From positions 1 to 53,720 of IMG/VR virus record IMGVR_UViG_3300025809_000027: a DNA stretch of 53,720 nucleotides. One strand, 5' to 3'. Below, in pieces: positions 16,367-26,978 of the stretch. The DNA comes from a virus (Duplodnaviria; Caudoviricetes). How positions within the stretch are numbered: the first letter of the stretch is position 1; each line of letters opens with the position of its first letter. The position numbers and the translations under genes are program-made. The notes below the pieces were generated by a model. It was not told where the DNA came from. It saw nothing but the letters and a program-made list of their open reading frames with translations, and ran no database searches.

Positions 16367-17542
16367 ATGAAGAAAATAAAGACGGTACATGACTTGGAAT
16401 TCGATAAACAGAATTTCAATAAAGGAAATGAGCAAGGGAAATCTCTAATAAAAAAATCCATAACGGAACACGGCACAGGTCGTTCTATTTTAGTGGATAA
16501 AAACGCTAAGATAATAGCAGGAAATAAAACTACCGAGAACTTTAAGGAATTAGGGTTTGAAAAAGTAAAAATAGTGAAAGCAATGCCAGACGAATTAGTT
16601 GTAGTTCAGAGAGACGATATAGACTTAGACACTCCACAGGGGCGGGCTATGGCATTAGCAGACAATAAAACGTCAGAGGCAAACTTAGAGTGGGATTTTG
16701 AAATAATGCAAGAGGAGTTACCTACTGAAATGTTAGAGGATTGGGGGATCGAATTACTAGAAGATGAGATTGAAGCAGTTGAGGACGATTATACAGAGCC
16801 AGACGATATGCAAGTTGATGTTGTTTTAGGGGATTTGATTGAAATAGGAGAGCATCGATTGCTTTGTGGGGATAGTACGGACAGCGACCAAGTGGTAAAG
16901 CTGATGAATGGGGAGAAGGCGGACATGGTTTTTACCGACCCACCTTATGGAATAAGCATTGTTAAAAATGAAAAAGTCGGTGCTGATTTTGGTATTGCTA
17001 AAAAAGGGAAGTATTCTAAAGTTATAGCAGATGACACAACGATAACTGCAAAGTCTTTTTATAACACTTGTATTTCTTTAGGGATGGATAAATTTATTAT
17101 TTGGGGAGGAAATTACTTTACTGATTTTTTGCCTTTTAGTGATGGCTGGCTAATTTGGAATAAAAGAGCAAATACAGAGATAAGAAATACTTTCGCTGAC
17201 GGAGAAATGGCTTGGTGCAGTTTTCATACTCCAATAAGAATATACGACCAACTATGGAACGGAATGATTAGAGAAGGCGAGAAAGAAAAACGAGTACACC
17301 CAACACAAAAACCAATAAGAACTTTGTCTGAAATAATACAAGACCACGTAAAAGGGGATGTCATTTTTGATGGGTTTTTAGGTAGTGGCTCTACAATGGT
17401 AGCATCACATCAACTTAAAAGAAAATGTTACGGAATGGAGTTAGAACCAAAGTATTGTCAAGTTATCATAGACAGAATGTTAAATCTTGATGAAACTTTA
17501 TCAATTAAAATAAACGGAAAAGAATATAGAAAAGCAGCATAA
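16367..17542 (+). CDS. ParB-like N-domain + N6A/N4C DNA methyltransferase (beta class)
   Basis: ILVD...IIAGN...ALADN; LLCGDS, DPPY, HPTQKP, FLGSGST. Confidence 0.88.
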   Translation: MKKIKTVHDLEFDKQNFNKGNEQGKSLIKKSITEHGTGRSILVDKNAKIIAGNKTTENFKELGFEKVKIVKAMPDELVVVQRDDIDLDTPQGRAMALADNKTSEANLEWDFEIMQEELPTEMLEDWGIELLEDEIEAVEDDYTEPDDMQVDVVLGDLIEIGEHRLLCGDSTDSDQVVKLMNGEKADMVFTDPPYGISIVKNEKVGADFGIAKKGKYSKVIADDTTITAKSFYNTCISLGMDKFIIWGGNYFTDFLPFSDGWLIWNKRANTEIRNTFADGEMAWCSFHTPIRIYDQLWNGMIREGEKEKRVHPTQKPIRTLSEIIQDHVKGDVIFDGFLGSGSTMVASHQLKRKCYGMELEPKYCQVIIDRMLNLDETLSIKINGKEYRKAA

Positions 17543-17574
17543 AATCAAAACAAACGGCTTAAAAACGGCTTGAT

Positions 17575-17991
17575 ATGGCAAAAATAGGAACAGACCCAGA
17601 CATAGGAAAAGATACACGTTTCCCACACAACGACCCCACTAAGGGAGGGCGCAAGCCTTCTATCAGAAAACAGTTAGTTGAGCTGATGGAAAAGGACGGG
17701 CAGATAACTATTCCTGCAAAACAAATAGCTAAAGTAAACGATGACGGGAGTGTCACAATGGTATTACCTACCCAAATGCAGTTAGCAATGAAGCTCACAA
17801 GTTGGGCTATGAGTAGTAAGGGCGGTGATAGTATTAAGAGTATTCAAATGATAATGGAGCAGATGGACGGCAAGCCTAAGCAAGAGATAGACGTTAACCC
17901 AACAGGCGAATCAGTGCCTATAACCGCATGGATCAATAAAAACACCTCAACCAATGTCAGTAGTAATAGTGAGAAGGATCAAGAAGAATAA
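17575..17991 (+). CDS. terS: Probable terminase small subunit
   Basis: TRF...KGGRKPS start and DGKPKQ end; upstream of TerL. Confidence 0.6.
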   Translation: MAKIGTDPDIGKDTRFPHNDPTKGGRKPSIRKQLVELMEKDGQITIPAKQIAKVNDDGSVTMVLPTQMQLAMKLTSWAMSSKGGDSIKSIQMIMEQMDGKPKQEIDVNPTGESVPITAWINKNTSTNVSSNSEKDQEE

Positions 17992-18331
17992 AGTTAAGAG
18001 CGACCCTATTCTTAAAGTAAGTGCATCAAAGGCTTCGTTTGCATTATCCTACAAAGCAAATGAAATTCTTGATGTTTCAGTTGGTGACGGGCTTATGTTC
18101 TCGTTTAACAACTCAACTCAAATAGCGAGGGTGTGGAAAGACTCCGAAGAGGGAAACTATTCACTTAACAAAGTCAGCGGTCGCAATATTCTAAGGTTCT
18201 CAGACAGCGTGTTGTTAAACTACTTATTAGAATGCTACGCACTAGACCGCCATGGTATTCACAGCTTCACTATAACAGACACTAAGAACAAAGACCCTCA
18301 AAAACGATTTGAACTCCATTACAAGGCATGA
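17954..18331 (+). CDS. Hypothetical protein between TerS and TerL
   Basis: ATGA-coupled to TerL. Confidence 0.65.
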   Translation: MSVVIVRRIKKNKVKSDPILKVSASKASFALSYKANEILDVSVGDGLMFSFNNSTQIARVWKDSEEGNYSLNKVSGRNILRFSDSVLLNYLLECYALDRHGIHSFTITDTKNKDPQKRFELHYKA

Positions 18332-19608
18332 TTAAAACGCAGTCCGTTTACGATCCATTATACCAAACTGACAAAAGAATCATCCTCTTAACAGGAGGGC
18401 GTGGGGGTGCCAAGTCGTTTAACGCTTCCACTTTTTTAGAACGATTAACATTTGAGAAGGGTCACAAGATACTTTTTTCAAGGTTCACCTTAACTTCAGC
18501 AGAGTTATCTATTATACCAGAGTTCCAAGAAAAGATAAACCTAGAAGGAACGTCTCAATACTTCAAAACAACCAAAAAAGAAATAATAAACACAAAGTCA
18601 AACAGTGTTTTAATGTTTCGAGGTATCAACACCTCGCAAGGGAATCAGACAGCGAATCTAAAGTCCATACAAGGACTCACCACCTTTGTAGTTGATGAGG
18701 CAGAGGAATGGGTGAGCGAGGATGATTATGATAAACTAAGACTATCGATTAGAACTAAAGGGGTTCAAAACAGAATTATAATCATCATGAATCCCACCAA
18801 CTCGAATCATTGGGTTTATGAGAAGTATATCAAAAACACACATAAGATTGTGCAGGTTGATGGCGTGGACGTTCAGATTAGCACCCACCCACAAGTGGAG
18901 CACATCCACACTACTTATTTAGACAATCAAGAAAACGTTTCTAAAGACTTTTTGCAAGATATTGAAGATCTAAGGAATCAGGCAATTTCAAGGCGTAACC
19001 AAGGCACTACAGACGCTGAAAAAAAACAACTCTGGAACACTTCTAAATACGCCTTTAAGGTCGTTGGTAGGTGGGCTGACCAAGCAGAAGGGGTTATCTT
19101 CACCTATACTGAAGGAGAGTTTGACGACAGGCTTCCGTACTGTTACGGGCAAGATTTTGGGTTCAGTAATGACCCCACAACCCTTGTTAAGATAGCGGTT
19201 GACATCAAGCGAAAGAAAATGTATTGGAAGGAATATCTCCACAAAACACACATGACCACAGACCAGATTTATAGTCATAATTTAGCGATCACTGGAAAGA
19301 AGGAGTTAATAATGGCAGACGGTCACGAAGTGCGTTTGGTTTTCGAGCTTAAGAAAAGAGGTTTAAACATTATAGGCTACACCACGCCACCAAACGGCAT
19401 ACGTGAGGGCTTAATCTCAATGCAAGATTATGAGCATATAATTGACTCAGGCAGCTCGAACATTAAAGATGAATTCAATAATTATGTTTGGTCGGATAAA
19501 AAAGCGAACATTCCAATAGACGACTGGAATCACTGTATAGACGGAGGTCGTTACGCATTCAAGAAACTAACCACCAGAAAACGGGTTACAACGTATCGTC
19601 AGTATTGA
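18328..19608 (+). CDS. terL: Terminase large subunit, PBSX/SPP1-like
   Basis: GGRGGAKS, VDEAEE, MNP, DFGFSNDP, NHCIDGGRYA. Confidence 0.93.
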   Translation: MIKTQSVYDPLYQTDKRIILLTGGRGGAKSFNASTFLERLTFEKGHKILFSRFTLTSAELSIIPEFQEKINLEGTSQYFKTTKKEIINTKSNSVLMFRGINTSQGNQTANLKSIQGLTTFVVDEAEEWVSEDDYDKLRLSIRTKGVQNRIIIIMNPTNSNHWVYEKYIKNTHKIVQVDGVDVQISTHPQVEHIHTTYLDNQENVSKDFLQDIEDLRNQAISRRNQGTTDAEKKQLWNTSKYAFKVVGRWADQAEGVIFTYTEGEFDDRLPYCYGQDFGFSNDPTTLVKIAVDIKRKKMYWKEYLHKTHMTTDQIYSHNLAITGKKELIMADGHEVRLVFELKKRGLNIIGYTTPPNGIREGLISMQDYEHIIDSGSSNIKDEFNNYVWSDKKANIPIDDWNHCIDGGRYAFKKLTTRKRVTTYRQY

Positions 19609-19641
19609 CGTGCTTTTCCCGTGCTACTTACGTGCTACTTA
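19609..19641 (+). promoter_or_regulatory. 11-bp-period CGTGCT repeats (putative late activator site 1)
   Basis: CGTGCTTTTCC CGTGCTACTTA CGTGCTACTTA; also at 28242 and 40614. Confidence 0.7.
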
Positions 19642-19707
19642 AAAATGAATACTTACAAAAGGCTATATTTTTGGGTCAATTAAGTATAATTTTTAAAAAA
19701 AGATAAG

Positions 19708-20319
19708 ATGGATTTATGTAATTGCCCAAGCACAACTTTAGAAGCAATACCAGCAAGTACTTGCTCCTTTGATTTAAAGCAACTTCAGAAGGGAGTTTTC
19801 CAGAAAATAGGAAGCTCTTTTGATACTGCAGCAGGAACACCAACCGACCCAACGCTAAAAGCAGATTGGGATACATTTATTGCTGCTACCGACAACACAA
19901 AAGCGGTTGTTACGCCTTTCATTAGAGATGTTAAAATTGCAGCAGGTGATTTTATTACTGAAGGTGGTGGAGATAATACAACTCTAAACGGTGTAGAAGA
20001 AATTAACGGAACTAACCCTTCAGCGGTTACAGGAATGTTTAGAAGCATCACGCCAGAGCAAGAGAAATCACTTAAGAAATTAATGTGCGACCCACTTCAT
20101 GTTTACCTAATCAACCAAAATGGAAGAATTTTTGGTAAAAAAGTTTCAGCAACCGTAACTACTGGTATTCCTGTGCAAGCATTAGGAGTGAAAGACCGAA
20201 CAAACGAAGGATTTGGAACAAAGGATGTTAATGAAATTCAATTTTCATTAGCTGCTGGATGGTCTGAAGACTTAGTAGAAATTACACCTGCTGATTTTAA
20301 CGCATTAACAGACCTGTAA
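19708..20319 (+). CDS. Structural protein, probable major tail tube protein
   Basis: 203 aa, beta-rich, Cys-rich N-terminus; no other tube-sized candidate near the tape measure gene. Confidence 0.5.
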   Translation: MDLCNCPSTTLEAIPASTCSFDLKQLQKGVFQKIGSSFDTAAGTPTDPTLKADWDTFIAATDNTKAVVTPFIRDVKIAAGDFITEGGGDNTTLNGVEEINGTNPSAVTGMFRSITPEQEKSLKKLMCDPLHVYLINQNGRIFGKKVSATVTTGIPVQALGVKDRTNEGFGTKDVNEIQFSLAAGWSEDLVEITPADFNALTDL

Positions 20320-20528
20320 TGGCAATAATTAAACTAAAAAGAGTAAGGGATAAGGCTATTGTTGATTTCAACATGGATCACGCCCTTGCTCTTTTGCGTA
20401 GAAACAGTAAAGACTGGGTAATAGCAGACGACACAAAACACGAGTTCAAAGCCAATGAAATTATCAGACGACCAAGTAAAGGAGTTGCTAAAAAGCCCAA
20501 ATCTGCAAACGCAGATAGAAAGGGGTAA
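20319..20528 (+). CDS. Small hypothetical protein
   Basis: TAATG-coupled to the upstream gene. Confidence 0.6.
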   Translation: MAIIKLKRVRDKAIVDFNMDHALALLRRNSKDWVIADDTKHEFKANEIIRRPSKGVAKKPKSANADRKG

Positions 20529-22215
20529 AAAGTACGAAAGTCGTTTACGAGTTTTCACAGAGCCAAAGAGCAAAGAGGAAATTAAAAACGAACACGGTTG
20601 GAAAGAAGTCATTAATTTTTTAGACGACATTTTCACCGAAAAGAGAAGCGAAAAAATAAAGCAATTTATTGCGTTTCCATTAGCGTCAATTGATATTACC
20701 GAAGGTATTCTAGCAGACCTATACAAAGTATTTAACGCCAGAAACACGTTCTTTGACTTTGAGTTACCCAAAAATAAAGGGGGTGACAAGCTTACCGAAA
20801 CCATCAACACAATTGAGCCTGTAAAATGGATTGAGAAAGTAGGTCGAGAGGTTTTAAAAAATAAACCAAACACCGTTGTGGCGATTGATAAGTTAGAAGA
20901 TGGGACACCTTATTTATTAGAAATAAACAACGACCGCTTAATTGACTGCATGGTTAATGGCGATTCTACACTTGAATACATTTCATTTATACATTCTATT
21001 GAGAATTACGGTAAAGACGATGAGATTAAGCGAGTGGCGTTCTATGATGCGTTTGCTTACCGTATATTTTTAGAGGCTAAAGATGGAGAATACACGCTAG
21101 AAAGCGATATTTCACATACAGCAGGCGTATGCCCTGCAAGGATGTTTATCAGCGACCGTTTGAATTCTAAAGACTCTTTTAATCGAAAGATTCCATTTTC
21201 ATCTACACTAAGCAAAATTAGAGAATGGCAACTGTTTGACTTCTACAAGTTCTATGGAGATCATTACGTGCCGTTTCCAATTATTGAAAAGGTAAAAGAC
21301 GTTTGTGATTATGATGGTTGTGATAATGGAATCATTACAGAAACTAGTGAGTATATTGAAGATGGCGTACCTGTTTTTAGAGACAAGCATGTGAATTGCC
21401 CATCCTGTATAGATAAGCAAATTATGGGGCCAGGGATTGTAGTAGAAATCCCCGCAAAAGACACGAAAGACGACCCAGACAGTGCAGGTGTTTTTAGAAT
21501 GATTACGCCAGACACGTCAAGTATGACTTACCTTCAAAACAAATCGGACGATATTGAAAAAAGCATCCGATTTAAAACGGTAGGAATTGATAACACAATC
21601 AACAAAGAAGCTGTCAACGAGTTGCAAGTAAAAGGGAGTTTTGAAAGCCGTGAGAATGTGCTTTTAAAAATCAAATCAAACCTTGACGAGTTGTACCGAT
21701 GGATGGTTACAACAGTTGCTAAACTACAATCGGGAGCAGATGTAGAGGTGAAAGTGAGTGCTAATTTTGGCACTGAATTCTATTTACTTACGGAATTAGA
21801 ACTTCAGGAACGGTACGAGAAAGCTAAGAAAATAGGCTTACCAATTGAAGAGGTTGATATGATCTATGAGCAACTAATTGCTACCAAATACAGAGGTAAC
21901 CCTAGCAAGGTATCCAGACTGGAACTTATAAAGTTACTCGACCCTTTACCTCACGAAACGATGGATGTGGCTCAGTTAAGGCACGAAAGCGGTTTAATAA
22001 CAGAGCAAGAGTATTTTCTAAAAGGACGGCTTATAAGCTTCATTGATCGATTTGAACGAGAACAGGCACCGTTAGTGCAATTTGGGAAAGAACAAGAATT
22101 AAATTTAAGAATAAACAACATACGTAACATTTTAAACAACTATAGCGATGAGTACATTAAAGCCAAACCGACTAGAGATAGTCAAGAAGCAACTGGAAAA
22201 GGAGAAGATACCTAG
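20455..22215 (+). CDS. Portal protein with a Zn-finger-like insert
   Basis: 586 aa; position between TerL and scaffold/capsid; CxxxxCxxG...CPSC insert. Confidence 0.7.
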   Translation: MKLSDDQVKELLKSPNLQTQIERGKKYESRLRVFTEPKSKEEIKNEHGWKEVINFLDDIFTEKRSEKIKQFIAFPLASIDITEGILADLYKVFNARNTFFDFELPKNKGGDKLTETINTIEPVKWIEKVGREVLKNKPNTVVAIDKLEDGTPYLLEINNDRLIDCMVNGDSTLEYISFIHSIENYGKDDEIKRVAFYDAFAYRIFLEAKDGEYTLESDISHTAGVCPARMFISDRLNSKDSFNRKIPFSSTLSKIREWQLFDFYKFYGDHYVPFPIIEKVKDVCDYDGCDNGIITETSEYIEDGVPVFRDKHVNCPSCIDKQIMGPGIVVEIPAKDTKDDPDSAGVFRMITPDTSSMTYLQNKSDDIEKSIRFKTVGIDNTINKEAVNELQVKGSFESRENVLLKIKSNLDELYRWMVTTVAKLQSGADVEVKVSANFGTEFYLLTELELQERYEKAKKIGLPIEEVDMIYEQLIATKYRGNPSKVSRLELIKLLDPLPHETMDVAQLRHESGLITEQEYFLKGRLISFIDRFEREQAPLVQFGKEQELNLRINNIRNILNNYSDEYIKAKPTRDSQEATGKGEDT

Positions 22216-22570
22216 TAAACTTATTCCATCCACAATCAACGAATGTGATAAAGAAATCTACCACCTTCTTTTCATTGAATCAAAAGCCGATTACAGCACA
22301 AAGGAATTCAAACATTCGGTTGTGTTAAAAAAGTTCAATCAAATGAGTTTTGACGTGAACAAAGACCAGTTCCCTAAGTTGGGATATACGGAAGCACATA
22401 TTTTGCACGATCCGACATTACCAGAAGTACTAGAGGATGAATTCAATATTGACAAAGCAATAGGCGATCAAATACGTGCATTTGCTATTAAAAATGAAAT
22501 TGAATTAGTCGAAAAAGCCTCGGTAACAGAGATTAGAGAGGTTGTAAGAGAGTGGATTAAAAACAATTAA
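22148..22570 (+). CDS. Hypothetical head-module protein
   Basis: ORF in operon. Confidence 0.6.
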   Translation: MSTLKPNRLEIVKKQLEKEKIPSKLIPSTINECDKEIYHLLFIESKADYSTKEFKHSVVLKKFNQMSFDVNKDQFPKLGYTEAHILHDPTLPEVLEDEFNIDKAIGDQIRAFAIKNEIELVEKASVTEIREVVREWIKNN

Positions 22571-22595
22571 TAATTAACAATCATAAAGGGGAATT

Positions 22596-23528
22596 ATGAA
22601 CATAAAAGAAGTAACGGATTTTCTATCCACAGACAAAGAAGCGTTAACAGGGGTAATAGCGCACATTCAAACAACAGATGAAGGTAAAGAATTACTTACC
22701 AATCATGCGAATGCTCATTTTGAGCAAGAAATTAAGCCACGTTTAGCAAAGGTCTATTCAGACCTTGACAATGACATCTTGACAACCTTAGGAGAGGCAA
22801 GACCAAACGAGGTTAAGACGTATGAATTCATCAAGCAAAAGATGGGTGAATTAAAAACACTCAAAGCAGGGAAAGGCTCAAACACAAAAGTTAAAGAGCT
22901 TGAAGCCCAAATAGAAACCTTAAAGAAGGAAGGTGGACAAAGTGAGTATTGGAAAAAAACACATGAAGAGGCAGTGTCTAAATGGGACACGGAGAGAACA
23001 GGGTTTGAAACCAAGTTGACAGGATTACAAAAAGAGCAACTAAACACGCAAGTAAAAAGCTTTTTAAATTCTGGGTTATCAGGTTTAGAATTTTCAGTAC
23101 CGCAAGAAGCAGTGGACGCACTTAAACAAGTGCATAGCAACTCTATAATTAATCACGCAAAAGTGATTGAAGGCAAAGTAATATTGCATAAAGAGGACGG
23201 CACACCAATGCTGAACGATCAATACAAACCAATCACTCCAAAAGAGTATTGGGAAACAAAATTAGCAAGTGTAATCAAGAAGCCTGCACAAGGCGGAGGG
23301 AATGCACCTACTGGTAATAAGGGGAATATAATAACCGTTGGTGAAGGGGACGCAGCAACAAAGAAACTAGCACTCGATCGAAGCGAGTTTAGCACTAGGT
23401 CTGAATTCTATAACAAAGCCGCAGAAGTTCTCACAGCCCAAGGGGTTGCCAAGGAATCTGAGGTGTGGAATAAGCTTATTGATGGCGCACGAAAAGAGTA
23501 CGAAGTTTCAAAACTATCATTGAATTAA
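22596..23528 (+). CDS. Capsid scaffolding protein
   Basis: Coiled-coil, charged, Gly-rich linker; immediately before the capsid gene. Confidence 0.65.
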   Translation: MNIKEVTDFLSTDKEALTGVIAHIQTTDEGKELLTNHANAHFEQEIKPRLAKVYSDLDNDILTTLGEARPNEVKTYEFIKQKMGELKTLKAGKGSNTKVKELEAQIETLKKEGGQSEYWKKTHEEAVSKWDTERTGFETKLTGLQKEQLNTQVKSFLNSGLSGLEFSVPQEAVDALKQVHSNSIINHAKVIEGKVILHKEDGTPMLNDQYKPITPKEYWETKLASVIKKPAQGGGNAPTGNKGNIITVGEGDAATKKLALDRSEFSTRSEFYNKAAEVLTAQGVAKESEVWNKLIDGARKEYEVSKLSLN

Positions 23529-23549
23529 TAATTTAAACTAAAAAAAAAG

Positions 23550-24602
23550 ATGAGTTTATTTGCAACGTACAAACAAGAGCTACGAGCTATGTACCCAAAC
23601 CGTTTTGACGGACAAGAATGGAGAGGGACACAATACGGATTGTTAAGAGCAATCCAAAACATGTCAAACAGCCCACAATCTATTGTGACGCCAGATATTG
23701 CTGAACAAGCAAAGGTATCTGAAGGCAGAATCCTTAAGATTCCTGTAATGAAGGACACAGGAGATGTCACTATTGCCAGTGCAAGAAGTTGTACTATTGG
23801 TGACTTAACTAGCGAATCTGGACTTGTTCAGGTTAATTGGTTAACTATGTCGGCTGATCTTCACATGATTAAGGAACAGTATCGAAAAAACGAAGTAAGT
23901 TATTTAACCGACTTCGGAAAAAAATTAGAACGTATTGAGCGTTCATTTGGAAAGGCGATTGAAAACGCAATCTATGCCAAATTAGACGCTGACAAATCAA
24001 CGGTATTCAATTCTGGATACATTGGAGCGGGTAAGAAATTCCCATTAGTAGGAGACACCCTGCAAGTCGCAGCAGGAGATCAAGAGCAGTTTTTCAATTA
24101 TTTGGACGCAATCCAAATGAAAGATGACTTCGATTCAGAAGAGCATGTGGTAATTGGATCAACAGGATTGATTCCACCAGTGAATCACTACATCAATCAA
24201 GGGGGGTCGAATGACGAGAATTTAAACTACCAATTTGGTAGCAAGCAATTCACATTTTCTAACCGAGTTGTAGATGCTGCAACCGCCTTAGGAACAGCAT
24301 TCTTTATGCCGCAAAATTCTTTTGGATTCTTAACACGCATCAATGCGGATTCACTGTCTGGAAATAAAACAACGGACGGCACCGAATGGAGCACAGAGCG
24401 ATTAAGTAAATTAGGTTTAGATATTGGAGTTCAGTACAAGTCTTCTTGTGAGGATTTATCAGGAACAACAGGACTAGAGCACCTAGACGCTACAACTGTA
24501 GAGAGATGGCAACTATCTTTGGACATTGCTTACTTAACACCATACAACAGCGACCCTTCTACGAAAGCGAGCGGTATTAAGAAATTTGAGTTTTTAACTT
24601 AA
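23550..24602 (+). CDS. Major capsid protein
   Basis: 350 aa after the scaffold gene, followed by a strong terminator. Confidence 0.7.
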   Translation: MSLFATYKQELRAMYPNRFDGQEWRGTQYGLLRAIQNMSNSPQSIVTPDIAEQAKVSEGRILKIPVMKDTGDVTIASARSCTIGDLTSESGLVQVNWLTMSADLHMIKEQYRKNEVSYLTDFGKKLERIERSFGKAIENAIYAKLDADKSTVFNSGYIGAGKKFPLVGDTLQVAAGDQEQFFNYLDAIQMKDDFDSEEHVVIGSTGLIPPVNHYINQGGSNDENLNYQFGSKQFTFSNRVVDAATALGTAFFMPQNSFGFLTRINADSLSGNKTTDGTEWSTERLSKLGLDIGVQYKSSCEDLSGTTGLEHLDATTVERWQLSLDIAYLTPYNSDPSTKASGIKKFEFLT

Positions 24603-24623
24603 AAACATTGGGTTTTTTGTTGG

Positions 24624-24654
24624 AGAGCCCGCCTGTAATGGGTGGGCTTTTTTT
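24624..24654 (+). terminator. Rho-independent terminator
   Basis: AGCCCGCC-loop-GGTGGGCT followed by a T-run. Confidence 0.85.
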
Positions 24655-24671
24655 AATTAAAATATAAAAAT

Positions 24672-25817
24672 ATGTTCAAAGCATCTATACTTAAAAACTG
24701 TTTACAAAATCTTCTCGGATGGAAAAATCATTTTGATTTAACTGAAATATCAGCACTTACACCAACTTTAAACAATTCAGACAGCGGTGAGTATTACGGA
24801 GATTACCACCCAGCTTTAAGGCTTGATTTGATTGAAGCATCACTACCAGAAGGCAGATCGTTAAGCGACTACTTAACTGAAAAAATTAGTACAGGAATAA
24901 CCCAATTAGGGAATCAAATATTCACTGAAAAAAAATTAAACGACTTCTCTCGGGAGTTGTTAGGAAACGGCACCATCATTAATGGACACGGATGGGCAAA
25001 CGACACCATTATTAACGAGGGTCGTTTCGTTGGTTTCAAAATAAAAGAAAGCTCCGATATTGGAGTAAAAACGATCATTAACCGTTTAGGGTTTCAATTC
25101 ACACTACCACAAACAGCTTTAAATATATACGTCTATCATTCATCAAAAGTTGATCCCGTACAGATACTACCATTTACATCTACAAAAGGTTTAGAATGGG
25201 GGTGGATGGACACAGAGATTGATTTAAGCTTTAATAATGACGATATGTCTGGAGGCTCGTGGTTTGTGGGGTATTATCAAGATGACATTACAGGTCAGGC
25301 AATTCAGTATAAGAAAATGAATTGGAAAACAGGGTTTTGCAGCACCTGTAACGGAGGAAGAGATTACAGCCGTTGGAACACCATTAAGAAATATGTATCT
25401 GTAGTGCCAATATATGTGCCAGCAGCGTCTATCAATGCCAATAAGACCGTATTTGAGTTAGACGCAGCTTTTAGCACTTACGATAACAATCACGGTATGA
25501 ATTTGAATGTGTCCGTAAAATGCGACCTTTCTGATTTTTTATGTGAACACAAAATGCTACTCAAAAACGCACTGGCTCTAAAAGTGACTTATCTAATTCT
25601 AAGAGATATTCAGTTTTCTCAGCAGATTAATTACATTGAGGAAAATCTTAAGAATTTAATTATAAGAGACTTGGAAGGGGATAAAGACACCTATCACACT
25701 AAGATAGTCACGCAGCTTGATAGAGCCGTCAAGGCAATCGATATAGACACTAACAGCCTTTCTAAGGACTGTATGCCTTGCACTAAAAAAAATAGGGTTC
25801 GCTATGGCGTTGCGTAA
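24672..25817 (+). CDS. Structural protein, possible head-tail adaptor
   Basis: Position after the capsid gene. Confidence 0.5.
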   Translation: MFKASILKNCLQNLLGWKNHFDLTEISALTPTLNNSDSGEYYGDYHPALRLDLIEASLPEGRSLSDYLTEKISTGITQLGNQIFTEKKLNDFSRELLGNGTIINGHGWANDTIINEGRFVGFKIKESSDIGVKTIINRLGFQFTLPQTALNIYVYHSSKVDPVQILPFTSTKGLEWGWMDTEIDLSFNNDDMSGGSWFVGYYQDDITGQAIQYKKMNWKTGFCSTCNGGRDYSRWNTIKKYVSVVPIYVPAASINANKTVFELDAAFSTYDNNHGMNLNVSVKCDLSDFLCEHKMLLKNALALKVTYLILRDIQFSQQINYIEENLKNLIIRDLEGDKDTYHTKIVTQLDRAVKAIDIDTNSLSKDCMPCTKKNRVRYGVA

Positions 25818-26263
25818 TGGGGGTATTTGCAAAGGAAATAAAACTCATAGACAGGCTGCCTAGTTTGATAGACCAGACAATTAGGGATACCGTTACAAAG
25901 TATGGCTTTGTTATTAAGAATTATAATATACTAAAGCAATTAGATGAAAAAGGAGAAGACAGCGAAGGAAAGAAATTAAGTCCTAGTTACTCCAATCCTT
26001 ACAAAAAAATTAGAATCAAAAGAGGGTTGCAAGTGAAGTATGTGGATACCCATTTCACGGGTGAATTCCACGCTAATTTAGAGATTGTTGCAGAAGATGG
26101 ACAATTTAAAATAACCTCGACTCTTGACTATGGAGAACACGTCATCAGGCGTTACGGAAAAGCAATGTTAGGGATCCAGAAACGATATTTAGAAGACTTT
26201 ACAAATACTTATTTAATCACAGAACTTAAAAAAGCAATAGATGGTTACTTTACAAAATCCTGA
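25817..26263 (+). CDS. Probable neck/tail-completion protein
   Basis: Position; YSNPYKK...TGEFH...RYG motif. Confidence 0.5.
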   Translation: MGVFAKEIKLIDRLPSLIDQTIRDTVTKYGFVIKNYNILKQLDEKGEDSEGKKLSPSYSNPYKKIRIKRGLQVKYVDTHFTGEFHANLEIVAEDGQFKITSTLDYGEHVIRRYGKAMLGIQKRYLEDFTNTYLITELKKAIDGYFTKS

Positions 26264-26978
26264 CATCCCTACAAAATTACAACCCATTGAAATTGATGCG
26301 GTCATTCAAGACATACAGGCAAAGTTAGACACCAATCTAAATTGGTTAACACATGACTATGCACGAGCATATAGACATATAGAACGAAAGGATGGTAAGT
26401 ATTTGTATTTTCCAGAGGTTTACGTTGGTAAAAAGGGGCTTAAATACAGTTACCACAGAGTCACGCCAGATAATGATAAAAAAGGGATGGCGTTCTTTGT
26501 AGTAGGTAAAGAGGAAAATGATTTTCACCAGAATGAACACAACTATTTGAGCTATGATTTAGGGATGGTGTTTTGGGTCAACCTCAAAAAAATAAACGAT
26601 CCTTTACTAACCACTGAAATATTTACGCAGCACTTGATCCGAGACGTTCGGGAAATATTGACACGTAAAATGACAGGAGTTTGGTATCAATTAGAGATTG
26701 AAAATGTAGTACAAGAATTTCAGGAAATATACAGAGAGTTCAGTTTAGAGGAAAATGAGAACTATCTAATGGCACCGTTTGGAGGGTTTCGATTCAACTG
26801 TAAATTAACACTTCAGGAGGATTGTCCCGTGACTTTGCAGCGCAATACAGCAATACCAAACAACATCAGCCAGAGCGAGATACTGCAACTATTACTACCA
26901 ACACTGGACTTTTCAGACAATACCGTTTTTAATGCTTTGACAGCTCAACAAAGGGCTGATCTTTTAATAAAATTGTAA
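26241..26978 (+). CDS. Probable tail terminator/connector protein
   Basis: Position in the head-tail joining block. Confidence 0.45.
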   Translation: MVTLQNPDIPTKLQPIEIDAVIQDIQAKLDTNLNWLTHDYARAYRHIERKDGKYLYFPEVYVGKKGLKYSYHRVTPDNDKKGMAFFVVGKEENDFHQNEHNYLSYDLGMVFWVNLKKINDPLLTTEIFTQHLIRDVREILTRKMTGVWYQLEIENVVQEFQEIYREFSLEENENYLMAPFGGFRFNCKLTLQEDCPVTLQRNTAIPNNISQSEILQLLLPTLDFSDNTVFNALTAQQRADLLIKL

